Positions 41,331 through 53,886 are shown, numbered from the stretch's first letter. The stretch is 64,000 nucleotides of DNA from Octopus vulgaris (GCA_951406725.2 OX597822.1:80414001-80478000); one strand, 5' to 3'. Made by a program: numbers and translations. Notes: generated from the sequence alone by a model not told the origin.

Positions 41331-42060
41331 CGTAATAGAAATAATGACACTTATAGCAATAAAGCCAAGCTCTCTATCTCATTATCGAGATCTAAGAGTT
41401 TAATTAATCTTATCGCTCTCTGTGTCAGAAGAGTTACGAGAAAACAAGTGATTAATAATCAGAAATAATGATAAATTAATTTTTTGCTTTTTGTCGCCCT
41501 CAGGGTAATAGTAAAGATTTATTTTGTAATTTGTTATGATAAATCGAAAATTGAACATACTTTTCGTAAGACTCAGACATACACGCACGCACACACTCAT
41601 ACATACGAACCAACGCACTTTCTCTGCTCTTCTTTTTCACTCATTTCCTCACTGGCTGTCCCCTCTCATAGGTGCACATAAATACTCATGCACCCATTGT
41701 TCTGATCGTTTTCAGAAATGCTTTCTTCTTTCCATGCTGTCCAGCGAACACCATCTTCTCATCAAAGTTTGTAATGCCTCCATACTCCTCCGACATTCAT
41801 AAATCGTTTTTGTCAGCATCATTTCCACTGACAAAGCCGAGACAACTCAGTTAGCAACAGTCTCTAATTCGGTACCTCAATTTACTAAAATTACTGCTTA
41901 AACATTAAAGCTTCTAAAGTAGAGATAAAAATCAACGACTGCCAGAAATCAGAAATAAACTGGAAGGTTTTATATTGATTATATCATTTCCTTCTGTTTC
42001 TTTTATAAATCTCTATTTGTGCCAAAAGGAAAATAAATCATTATTGAAGCCCGCCTCTAC

Positions 42061-42095
<35 letters not shown>

Positions 42096-42143
42096 AGTAT
42101 GTATGTATATATGTATATGTATGTATATATATATATGTATATA

Positions 42144-42174
<31 letters not shown>

Positions 42175-42964
42175 GTATTTATACGTACAGGTATAACTAT
42201 AAATGTATATACATATGTATCTCTCTCTTTCTTTCTTTCTCTCTCTCTCCATTCATACATATATACCTATACACATACATATATATATATATATATGTAT
42301 ATGTGCGTGTGTGTGTGTATTAAAGGAGAGGGATAAGTCGGTAAACAAATACATGTATAGTTATAGGTAGATGAATAGATAAAGAAAGGAGGTAAATAAT
42401 ACAGATATTAGTAGATATTCTATTCAAGTATAAGACGTGTGATTAAACCGGCGTTTCAAATTACTTAACCCCCTTCAGACGCATTATATTATAAACACAA
42501 GATGTTGCATTATATTTATACAAAAATTACTCAAGATAAAAACATTTTTTAAGGATTTTGTTATTATTGAATTTTCTATAAATACGATTTAACATCTTGT
42601 ATATAAAATATACAATATAATATTTGTAATACTCACTTTATTAAGTGTGGGTGTTTGTACTTAAATAACAATATGTATACTTCGTATTTTAACATGAAAT
42701 GCGTACATAACTGAAAAGTAGTATTATATAGCTTTCAAGAAAGATAATCACATACAAATTTTTAGACATAGATTAGGAAGTATATATACAAAGGTATGAA
42801 TAAATTGATAAAGAAGTATGTCATAAAGTATAGAGATAAGCAGACAAACTCACCAGTAGACACAAAGAGAGGAAGGAAGCAAGAAAGGAAGAAAGAAAGA
42901 AAGAAAGGTAGATAGATAGGTAGATAGATAGATAGATAGATATATAGATAGATAGATAGATAGG

Positions 42965-43041
<77 letters not shown>

Positions 43042-43472
43042 GTGTAGGTTTGTTGTGTAGGTTAGGCATGTAGTCAGTAGGTTGATACGTTCATAGCTAT
43101 GGTGATAGAGTTATTTCAAATAGTAAATATATGCGTATGTTTTCGTGAAACTAAATATACAGTGCAAAATATATATAATTCACCATGCAAAAACATCCGC
43201 TGAAACACATTTAAAAAGTCTATAAATATTTATGTATATACTTATATGTGTGCTTATTTAGGTAGATTAGTGTATAAGTATAACCATGTATGTACGTACG
43301 TACGCATGTATGTAATGTAATCATGTATATATGAATATATATATATATATATGTGTGTGCATGTGTGTGTGTATGTGTGTGTGTGTGTGAGTGTGTGTGT
43401 GTGTATGCATGTATCTATGTGTGTGTCTTTAGTTGTGTGCCCCTATATATCTATATCTTTGTATATATATGT

Positions 43473-43571
<99 letters not shown>

Positions 43572-44990
43572 TATGTATATATACATGAGTGTTTGTGTGT
43601 GTGTGTAATGGGGAAATAAGCCAAGATAAATTATAGAGAACAAAGAGAAAGCAAAGCAATGATAAAAAGTAGCCAATGTTGTTTCTTTGTCTTCCTCTCA
43701 CTGCTCCTCTCATTTTAATACCCCCTAATCAACCCCTCCTGCTCTATTATCAACTGTTTGATGTTGTAGACATGGATGTTTAGGCTATTATTATGGAAAA
43801 ATATGATATATCGATGTATAGAGCGTTTAATTCCAGGAATGCGGAGTGGAGTGCCAAAAGCAGTGGAGTGCTTATGTTTTGAGTTTGGTAAATATTGAAA
43901 ACAATATAGCGTCGGATTTGTAGAACCGACAGAATGCCAACTGAAATGTCTTCAGGGAGTCTTAATACTTCCTTTTGCTTTCGGAAGTATGAGCCCTGCT
44001 GTGATCAAATTTACTATTCACCAAGTAGAGTAGGTTAAAGACTGACCCACTTTTTTGAGTATTGGTTTCTGCTAGGGGAGTTATTTCGAATCATCATCAC
44101 TATCGTCCTCGTCATCATCATTATCATCATCATCATCGTCGTCGTTATGTCGTCAACAACAGTGACAATGAACCCTGGGCAATAAAGTCTCGAGTCCCTC
44201 TGAACAGAACGCCAATCTGTCGCAGGATTAGGCATTTACAGCTGAGTGGAATGGTGCTAGGTGAAATTATAGGATTTGGTCAAGAACGCAACGCACACCC
44301 GGACATGGAATCGAAACTGTGATTTCGAAATAGTGAGCGCAATATACTAATCACCAGTCCACTGAAATAAAAAAAAAAATTAAAAAACAGAAGCGCACGC
44401 GCAAGCGTTTCTAGTGTACCCCGCCATTTTGTTTTCTCGTCTAGTTTGGTGAAACATATATTGTTTATAAGTTCTTTTCGCAAAGTGAAATTCCTTTAAT
44501 CTCCGTAATTAAGCATCTAGTTAAAATAAATGATGTTTTTTTTTTTGTCACTTTACATCACAGCACGTCATTAACAGTTGAATCAAACGCTTTAATCTTT
44601 ACAGACATAATTTGCCTGCAAATTGTTGTCCTAAAATTCTGTGCTTCAAATTATTTAGGCAGTATGATATAATTTGACAGAGGTTTTGCTTATTGTTTTC
44701 TAACAGATCGAGGGACTACGTAAAAGTTTCCTCGTGTATCTACACACTATAACATACATAGACAATATCGATCATCTGACAACATCCTGCACCAATAAAA
44801 TTTCACATCAGTGAAATACAGCAGCGTGAAAAGTTTTGATCCCGATTAAAACGCATCACCGCATCTGGGGATCGAAACCAAGACCAAAGAATCATCAGCG
44901 TTACACCTCTAAATACTAATCCACACGTCTTAACATTAAAAGAACGAACGCAAAAGAACAGGAATGACTAATATTAATTTCCAGTATTAA

Positions 44991-45602
44991 GGTGGCAAGC
45001 TGGCAGAAACGTTAGCACGCCGGGCGAAATACGTAGCCGTATTTCGTCTGCCGTTACGTTCTGAGTTCAAATTCCGCCGAAGTCGACTTTGCCTTTCATA
45101 CTTTCGGGATCTATAAATTAAGTACCAGTTACGCACTGGGGTCGATATAATCAACTTAATCCGTTTGTCTGTCCTTGTTTGTTCCCTCTGTGTTTAGCCC
45201 CTTGTGGGTAGTAAAGAAATAGGTATTTCGTCTGGCATTAGGTTCTGAGTTCAAATTCCACCGAGGTCTACTTTCTCCATCATCCTTTCGGGATCGATAA
45301 ATTAAATACCAGTTACGCATGGGTCAATGTAATCGACTTAATCTCTTTATCTGTCCTTGTTTCTCCTCTCAATGTTTAGACCCTTGTGGGCAATAAAAAA
45401 ATAAGAATCGTTAACAGGTCGGGTAAATGTTTAAAGGTATTTCGTCTGTCTTTAAGTTCTGAGGTCAATTTCTGCCGACGACGACTTCACCGTTCATCCT
45501 TCCAGGTTCGATAAAATAAGCACCAGTCAAACACTGATGTGTAATCGGCCAACCTCCTCCATCAAAATTGTTGACCTTGTGCCCAAATTCGAAATCGATA
45601 TT
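44991..45602 (+). mobile_element. Trimeric SINE family 1 array (body period 184 bp)
   Basis: The GTATTTCGTCTG body starts at 45039, 45223 and 45437. The second unit lacks the A-box head, and the third has a partial head and a different tail. Confidence 0.9.
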
Positions 45603-45936
45603 AGCGATACTGTATTTAGTGGCACCAAAGACACACATGCTTATAAGGCACACACCAATTTCAGCAGCATATATACGGAAAAAAATGTTTCTGGTGCATT
45701 AAAGCTTTTAAAATTCAAAACAACTCCGGATATGGGATTCGGGGTGGTTTTTTAGGTATATTTTGGCAGAAAGGGTCATTTGCATGCTATCAAATACGGT
45801 GTATAAAGAGAAGTGATGAGTGTTTGATCCTAGTGTGAGAGGGCTTGGCGCGAGGCAGCGTATATGACAGACAAACGGCAAGAAAGAGAGACAGTGGTGT
45901 TTGTCTGTGTGTGCGTTTGTCTATTTGTTTGTTTGA

Positions 45937-45977
<41 letters not shown>

Positions 45978-46138
45978 GTGAGTGAAAGACAGATAAAGCA
46001 ATACAAGGAAAGACCGAGAAGAAAGTGTATATACATATAGAAAAACAGAGGCTTAGTCGAGAAAGTGAGAGAGAGAGAGAGAGAGAGCGATCAGAGAGAC
46101 AGAATCGGTATGTACGTGCGTGTATCTATCAATCAATA

Positions 46139-46285
<147 letters not shown>

Positions 46286-46691
46286 TTATTTAAAGAGTCA
46301 GAAATAGCAATAAGGCAGCAGCGCAGGTAATGCACGTGAAGTGAATCAAACTGAAAGTAAAAGTAGAAAAAAAGAAAAGAATAAAAGACAGAAAAAGAAA
46401 CGACAAAATAAACATAAGCAGCTGAAACAGCTGGAGACAGACAGGTAGATGCGACAAACAGAATATTGACTGTGACCTTAAAGACACGAAAAGAGGTCAT
46501 GAAATGTTATTTCAAGGGCAATGAGAATTTGTTCATGTCATATATTATAGCAGGACTGCAGCAATATGTCGGTTAGGTGACATGTTGAAGAGTAGTTCCG
46601 TATCTACACTGAAATATTAAGTAGCTTTCGCTTCAGTAATAAACGGTCTGTCTCTCTCCGTCTCTCAACCCACCAACGCTTCCTCTACCCG

Positions 46692-46741
<50 letters not shown>

Positions 46742-46743
46742 TG

Positions 46744-46778
<35 letters not shown>

Positions 46779-47019
46779 GAGTGTGTGGACATATATACAT
46801 ATACATAGTCATTAATATGTATATACAATTGTATGAACACACACACACAAACACGGGCATAGAGGCGTGGCTGTGTGTTAAGCGTTTGGCTTCTCAACCA
46901 CGGGGTTCTGGGTTCAATCTTACTGTGTGTCACATTAAGTATCTTCTGCTATAACCTTGCGCGACCAAAGCCTTGTGAGTGGATCTGATGTGCAGAAAAC
47001 TTTCGTGTGTATGTATGTA

Positions 47020-47066
<47 letters not shown>

Positions 47067-47819
47067 GACTTTCATATAGAACCGAGAGAGATACTAATAG
47101 TTTCATGCTCTTATGATACATGATCTGGTATGTTTATAAAATACGACATGTATCTCCATGCAGTGTTTCAGGCTTTATTTATGCGTCATATATATTTTAA
47201 AACCAAGGACGCTAGATATTGAGAAAAAAAAATCCTGTAAGAAACGTGAAGAAATGTGGTGCAGAAAATACAACGATAAAATTAAACGATATCAAGAAAA
47301 CTAAGATTCTCATTCTCTTTGATTGCAGAAAGCTCGTTAAATACCACTGTACTTGATGAGCGTTTATATAACTGTTTTTCTACAGATTGTTATAGAACGA
47401 AATAACAGAAAATATGTCAAAGCTTGCGAGATAGCAAACTCAGTCCGAAGCGATGGTGCTCTCCAATTTGGTAAAAGCATGTGTTTACACCAGCTAAAAA
47501 TTTCAGATCTACATTTTAAGCAGTGTGTTGGAATTATTGGATCTAAGAAGAATATGAGGTGTAACGCATCTCTTAGATCCATGAAGAAATGGCTTCCATT
47601 TCTCCACTATTGTCCACTTAATTGTATATGGTGTGGAAGATAGGTGGTTTCCTTAACGTCACTTGGATTCGTCCTCACATAACCCGATATAATTCGCCTT
47701 AACATGCTTGGATAAATGAGCAAGGTCTCTATAGTCACAACTATAGAGTCCCTTGGTATTTTTTACGAGTTATAGCGTTTTTTCTCGGTGTTACAAGGCA
47801 CTATTAATATATTATATTC

Positions 47820-47991
47820 TTCTTTTCCGTGTTTCGGTCATTTGACTACGGCCATTGACTCTAGGACATGTTTTTTGCAAGCATGGTGCTTATTCTATCG
47901 GTCTCTTTTACCGAACCACTAAGTTACAGGGACGTAAACACACCAACATTGGTTGTCAAGCGATAGTAGGAAGACAAACATAACCTCAAAC

Positions 47992-47993
<2 letters not shown>
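47820..47993 (-). mobile_element. SINE family 2, 3' half, ending at its internal TA tract
   Basis: TTTCGGTCATTTGACTACGGCCAT...CTATCGGTCTCTTT.ACCGAACCACTAAGTTACAGGGACGTAAACACACCAACAT.GGTTGTCAAGCGA. Similar partial copies lie at ~6309-6540 and ~16165-16360. Confidence 0.8.
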
Positions 47994-48045
<52 letters not shown>

Positions 48046-48129
48046 TTAAAATGAGACAGATACATTATTCGTTATTTCTTATACGTTATTCCTTATACAT
48101 TTTTCTGTCTATTTTTTCTTCTTTTTCGT

Positions 48130-48274
48130 TTTCCATTTCTTTTATCTCAATCTTTCCAGTAGAAGAGCCTAGGCTCGAAACATGAAAGGCTTTTCCATTC
48201 CTCCCAAACGTTAGACTAACACACATGCTTATTATTCCTTCACCTGTCTCCATCATCTGCTTTCTGTAAATTTG

Positions 48275-48277
<3 letters not shown>
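48130..48277 (+). mobile_element. Short HHR-bearing non-coding element, family B (diverged)
   Basis: CAGTAGA-A-GAGC-ctag-GCTC-GAAA-CATG at ~48157-48184. Ends ...CTGTAAATTTGAA running into (TA)n. Confidence 0.7.
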
Positions 48278-48332
<55 letters not shown>

Positions 48333-48525
48333 AGTTAATCCAACCATGAAATCACAACAACGAGAGGACGTGGAACAAGTATAGTATTATTGGACGCTCA
48401 GGAAAGAAGGAATGAAGGGGGGCTTAACGGTTCGAGCGGAGCTCTTCCTCAGAAACATAGGAAAAGGAAAGATCCAAAGAAGGGAAGACAGAGGGGAAAA
48501 ATCGCCAACGGTACACACGCAGTCA

Positions 48526-48526
<1 letters not shown>
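48333..48526 (-). mobile_element. Short HHR-bearing non-coding element, family A
   Basis: Minus strand gtttCTGAGGA-A-GAGC-tcc-GCTC-GAAC-CG-TT (48456-48422). The 3' end GGATTAACT abuts (TA)n, and there are TA tracts on both sides. Confidence 0.8.
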
Positions 48527-48586
<60 letters not shown>

Positions 48587-48950
48587 ACATTAAAGGAAAT
48601 GTCTTTTCTGTTAATATTTCCACTTCCATAGTGAGATGCTTATAAACCAATGCAAATCGTTTCGCAAACATCTAATAATTTTTAAGCATTTAAATATTAA
48701 AGTGCCAAATTTAACACAAAAGTCATTTCTATTCATTTTTTCAAACATATAGTACTGTATCAAGTATTTGTTATTGCTGATTGTACTACAAACACACACA
48801 CACATATATGCACACATGTATACATCTACCTATATTTAGGTATATGTCCGTGTATTTATGTAAGAATATTTATGATTTTGTTTGTGTGTATGAGTCTGAC
48901 CTTGTAATTAGCAGTTAATTAAGTATTGCAATACTCTTGCAATAATTATT

Positions 48951-49229
48951 GCGGCGCGCTGGTAGCAACGTTAGCACGCCGGACGAAATGCGTAGCCGTA
49001 TTTCGTCTGCCGCTATGTTCTGAGTTCAAATTCCGCCGAGGTCGACTTTGCCTTTCATCCTTTCAGGGTCTATAAATTAAGTACCAGTTACGCACTGGGG
49101 TCGATATAATCGACTTAATCCGTTTGTCTGCCCTTGTTTTTCCCCTCTGTGTGTAGCCCCTTGTGGGTAGTAAAGAAATAGGTATTTCGTCTGTCTTTAC
49201 GTTCTGAGTACAAATTGAGCCGTGGTTGA
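48951..49229 (+). mobile_element. SINE family 1 unit plus the start of a second headless unit
   Basis: Highly similar to 44991-45270, including the same AAAGAAATA|GGTATTTCGTCTG junction. Confidence 0.9.
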
Positions 49230-49267
49230 AATTTGAGTTTCTTAGCAGATACGCTTCCAATCCTAAT

Positions 49268-49557
49268 ACTCAATCTATCGGTCTTTTTGCCGAATCGCCA
49301 AGTTACGGGGACGTAAACACACCACCATCGTTTGTCAAGCGACGGTGCGAGGACAAACACAAACACACAAATACATACATACATACATACATACATACAT
49401 ACATGTATATATATATACACGACGGGCTTCTTTCGGTTTCCTCTACCAAATTCACTCAAAAAGCTTTGGTTAGCCCGAGACTATAGCAGAATAAACTTGC
49501 CAAAGATGCTACGGATCCATGTCGTTGAGTAACAAGCTTCTTACCACACGACCACTC
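49268..49557 (-). mobile_element. SINE family 2, lacking the 3' tail
   Basis: CTATCGGTCTTTTTGCCGAATCGCCAAGTTACGGGGACGTAAACAC...ACGACGGGCTTCTTTCGGTTTCC...CAAGCTTCTTACCACAC. Confidence 0.8.
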
Positions 49558-49719
49558 CATATATATCATATCGATAGGGTAAAATCCAAGCTGCGTTCTT
49601 TTGAAGTACATCTGGTAAACTCCAGTATTACAATCAATGCTGTTGTTGTTGTATTGATGAATGGTAGATATGATATTTGGAAATTCATTAGATATTATTT
49701 GCAGAGTTACAAAACAAGA

Positions 49720-50549
49720 AACTAGAAAATGTTTTGATATTTTTTATTCACCATTACACATGTTTCGTTTCTTAATAGAAGTTGCAATGTTTTACATGTT
49801 AGATACAAGTGTAAGAAATTATTCAGACTGAGAAACATAATATTACTTCTTTCTGTATTGAGCTGCGCAGATTCTTGAGTGTATAGCACTTGTCGTCTGT
49901 TTCGAAAATGCTTCTCATGGAACTTATTTCTGACACGGAAAATCCCATTTGTCAAATGAATACAGACTGATTTGATGAAAGCGCTGCGGGGCATAATAAT
50001 CTGAAAATGTTGCCGAGCATATATAAAGCGATATTTAAAGTTAGCTCCGATTAATGCCAAACTGCTGCTTTCTTGTTTCTGCTTTGAATAAAGGTGGTCA
50101 CTATTTATGTGCAAATTTATGTTGGAGAGTTGTGCCTTCCCGTTTTTAATATCTATAGCCCAGACCACCTTTTCTCGCTTCTAATTTTGCAACCCAGATG
50201 ATACTTAAAATGCTTATAAAAATCACTTTATTGATCACAGATTTATAGAAGGTGAGACTCTATGGCACAGCCGTTTTGGAGATGCTTATTTGGGTTTACA
50301 AATTATTTCATGAAACATTTTAATGTTTCTCTAGTTCTGACTCCTCTCTCTCTCTCTCACTCCCCACTCGTTGGTGTTGTTTATGTGTGTTGGACATATT
50401 TTTCTTAATGTGTATGAGGGAAGGGCTAGAATTTATATCAATCGCATTCAATTAAGAAACTGCTATGCTTCTCCCTCTCCCCTATCTCTCTCACTCACTA
50501 TTTCTGTGTGTGAACATTAAGCTATACTTGTATATGTAATGTCTCTGTA

Positions 50550-50598
<49 letters not shown>

Positions 50599-51350
50599 CC
50601 TCTCTCTCACTGTAGTTGTAGACGTTTATTTCTGAGCACGCATTGCGTACTCAGAAATAAAGGTCTACTATCATCCAAACGTGCTAAATGTCCACTCAGC
50701 TGTGCCAAATCTTCAGCTCCCAAACTGCTGCGATCAACCCTCTCATTCCGAAATCTACAGTATTTAGGGAATTATGCTATGTCACCATGGTGTAACATTT
50801 CTTGATCTCATGTTCCCTGTGATGCGTGCATCATACAATATACTTTCGTAGCCTTTCTTGTCTGAGATCAGAGAAACGATCAGATCATAGACACATATAT
50901 TGCTAAATTGATTAATCAACTTTCTTTGTGTTACAATCACGTAATGCCATTTATCTGCCCACACTCCATCTGTATATCCTCTGGCAATAGTATCAACTGG
51001 TCAATGCACCTTCTTCATATTTGTTGTATTTCTATCATACAGCATCCGGTCGTCTGCAAGGAAACAATATGGCACATTGGTTCCTGTATTCCCAAGAGCC
51101 AATGGCACAACACTTCGAGTTTCGCACATTCCGAATGATAAAAGGCTCACATATCACGGAGACCCTATATTCTTGGCATGTTCCTTTATATATTATCCTG
51201 CACACAGTGCAATCAAAATCTTCATTTAAATTCACATAAGTGCTTATGCTTAGCTGGTTGATCGTGAGTGCTATTGGTAGCATGTAATTTAGTGCACGTG
51301 GTTGGGTCATCGGTATCTAAGGGATGCTTGAGTAGGAGAAAGAAATCTAG
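49720..51350 (-). mobile_element. Old R4/Dong-like LINE RT relic, interrupted by another repeat (~50220-50670)
   Basis: Minus-strand patches in the expected order: NYMLPIALT (NYRPI-like), YCFLADDRMLY (YxDD), VWADKWHYV (FGxDKC-like) and WAIDIKN...NLHINSDHLYSKQKQ (HxxSDxDRLYxxRxxGGRGL-like). Confidence 0.6.
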
Positions 51351-51508
51351 AAACTGCATTACGAGGACGTCAACAAAGTAACAGCGTTTCTCAGCTGCTT
51401 TTTGACAAACACAAAAGCGGCCGCGAATACATATACGTACACAAAAAATATATGCTTATACTTGTTCTTGGATGCCTTTCGATTTCCATCACTCTTGCTC
51501 TCTTTATG

Positions 51509-51583
<75 letters not shown>

Positions 51584-51584
<1 letters not shown>

Positions 51585-51740
51585 GTTCAAATTTACAGAA
51601 AAACAAAAAACGAAAACAGGTGTATAAACAACAAGCAGGTATATTAGTTTGCCGCTTGGATAGGTCAACAGAAAGGAACACGATGAAATAAACAGAGAGG
51701 AAATGAAAATAATAACTTTTGGAGTTAGCGGTCAATCATG
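51584..51740 (-). mobile_element. Family B element with the HHR segment deleted
   Basis: Aligns with 60883-61055 on both sides but jumps from ...GGATAGGT to CAACAGAAAGG, lacking the stem II/GAAA segment. The 3' end abuts (TA)n. Confidence 0.7.
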
Positions 51741-51940
51741 CATAGTATATATATATTGGAAAACGTATGGGATCCTAGGTAGAGTTCGGCATATTTGAAA
51801 AAGGAACCAGAAGGACTTCAGTGGTAGTTCTCATCAATTTAATTAATTATTCTTTTAATTTTTTCATAATATGAATTAAAAAATATTTAAACTGATTAGA
51901 ACTTCTAGTGAAGTCATTCTTTTCCTTTTTTCATATATAT

Positions 51941-52493
51941 ATAAATTAAATTAGAGATAAAACTACTATTAAACCACCAATCGAAGGACAGGGCTTTCTC
52001 CGTCCGGGTTGCGGATCCGTGGAATAAGCTGCCGGACGAGATAGTGAAGATGCCGACGACTGCTCGGTTCAAAGTCTCTCTTGACCAAAAATGGCCTTTG
52101 CACGAACATCCTCCCTGTACATAACACCATGTCCCCCTAAATAGCCTTGTTTTTTGCTTTTTGAGCCAAAAAATTAACTTAACTTAACTATTAGGCAAAT
52201 CAAACAATGAAAAACATAAAAATAAGCATGATTAATATAATATACAAAATATATAAGATATAAAATTTAAAATTTAAATTATTTAAATTTCTAAAATTTA
52301 TATTTATAAATTTTTATATTTTTTGATATTTGTAAATAATATCTTTAAAATTTTATTTAAATTTTAAATTTTATTTAAATTTTAAATTTTATATTTTATA
52401 TATTTTGTATATTATATTAATTATGTTTATTTTGGTTTATGTTTTTCATTGTTTGATTTGCCTAATAGTAGTTTTATCTCTAATTTAATTTAT
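51941..52493. repeat. AT-rich fold-back (inverted repeat) with a LINE fragment inserted in the left arm
   Basis: ATAAATTAAATTAGAGATAAAACTACTATTA[insert]GGCAAATCAAACAATGAAAAACATAAA... is the reverse complement of ~52375-52493. Confidence 0.85.
51972..52186 (+). mobile_element. 5'-truncated CR1-group LINE 3' end with 7-bp target-site duplication (TSD)
   Basis: Encodes RAFSVRVADPWNKLPDEIVKMPTTARFKVSLDQKW, matching the CR1/L2 ORF2 C-terminal FSxRVxxxWNxLP...FKxxLD pattern. Has a (TTAAC)n tail and ACTATTA duplicated at 51965-51971 and 52187-52193. Confidence 0.88.
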
Positions 52494-52605
52494 ATTTATA
52501 CTGTGAATTTGGATTTAATCTTAAATCTAATTTTTCCCTGTAAGTTTGGATTTACTGCCTAATATTATTATAATATATATATATATATATATACATATCC
52601 ATACA

Positions 52606-52659
<54 letters not shown>

Positions 52660-52728
52660 CATGAAATATACACAGATATATATATATATATATATATATC
52701 TGTGTATATTTGCATGTATGTATATATG

Positions 52729-52760
<32 letters not shown>

Positions 52761-52765
<5 letters not shown>

Positions 52766-53301
52766 CGTTATATAATTAGGGCTCAGTGAAATAATTTACT
52801 TTACCACACACTGAAACTTTTAGAAATAGCAGCCAAAACGTTTTTTAGCCATTTCTTCTACTATAAGAAAAATCTGGAGATGGTTTGTCTGAGATTACTC
52901 ATATCAGATGGGTATGTTCGATTTTTGCTGCTTTCAAATCCAAATTAAGAAATGTTGAGCTGACGAAGGAAATTTTGAGTTTCAAATTCAACTAATCCAG
53001 AAACGTAACGTTCTCAAATAATCTTTGTACATGTGATATTTTGTTATTTTTCCCTCCATATCTACGTGAATTATTTTTGAGTAAACACTGTATGGGAGAT
53101 TTTTCTTATAGTAGAAGAAATGGCTAAAAAAACTTTTTGGCTGCTATTTCTAAAAGTTTCAGTGTGTGGTAAAGTAAATTATTTTACTGAGCCATAATTA
53201 TATAACGTAATATTTTAAATATACCTTGAATGGTCCTTTTACATACTGAACACTACTTGGTGAAATTAATTAATAAATAATTAATTTTACCCTTTTAGTA
53301 T

Positions 53302-53305
<4 letters not shown>
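52761..53305 (+). mobile_element. PLE pLTR-like fragment with HHR, preceded by an inverted ~115 bp copy of its own downstream part
   Basis: Inverted arms ~52761-52875 and ~53097-53212 are near-identical, with the HHR in the spacer. (TA)n tracts lie on both sides. Confidence 0.8.
52955..53017 (+). ncRNA. Type I hammerhead ribozyme motif with canonical core
   Basis: TTGAG-CTGACGA-A-GGA...TCC-A-GAAA-CG-taa-CG-TT-CTCAA. Stem I is TTGAG/CTCAA, stem III is closed, and the predicted cleavage triplet is GUU. Confidence 0.8.
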
Positions 53306-53346
<41 letters not shown>

Positions 53347-53715
53347 TTCATCAAAATGAAAATGCTTTAGAAATATAGAGCTGCTTGTGTACACAATTAC
53401 GGTTTTTCTCTGTTGCTCTTCGTTGAGATGTGTTGGAGTATGTCTTTCTGCGTCTTGCTGTATATGTAACCTATTTCTACATGATTTTTTATGAGAGTAT
53501 ATTCTGCACACATGCAGTTATATGTGATGGATGAATCTCACCAGATGTATAGAAATGTACGTAAGCTTAATATGTTTTCAAGAACCACACAAAACAGAGC
53601 TACAATCATACATTCATACATATATATATTATGTATGTATGTTTGTATATAGATATATGTGTATATGCATGTATATTTTATTCGTATATATATATATACA
53701 TATATATTTTATTCG

Positions 53716-53769
<54 letters not shown>

Positions 53770-53840
53770 TATAACTATATATCTATATATGTAAATTACA
53801 TTATATATATATAATGTAATTTTCAGACATATATTTATCG

Positions 53841-53886
<46 letters not shown>

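Noticed and set aside
44991-45602. CRISPR-like or regularly spaced repeat array
   Set aside because: Units are 184-bp SINE bodies with no unique spacers, the context is eukaryotic, and there are no cas genes.
47353-47643. 96-aa ORF in unique sequence
   Set aside because: No recognisable domain and no convincing splice-site pair; the same applies to 4064-4471, 8581-8952 and 55329-55703.
51800-51925. Additional hammerheads at TTGATGAGAAC / CTGATTAGAAC
   Set aside because: No GAAA follows the putative stem II, so they are counted only as an inverted repeat.
53395-53430. HHR-like ACGAAGAGC...AAAACCGTAA on the minus strand
   Set aside because: Stems I and II cannot be formed.
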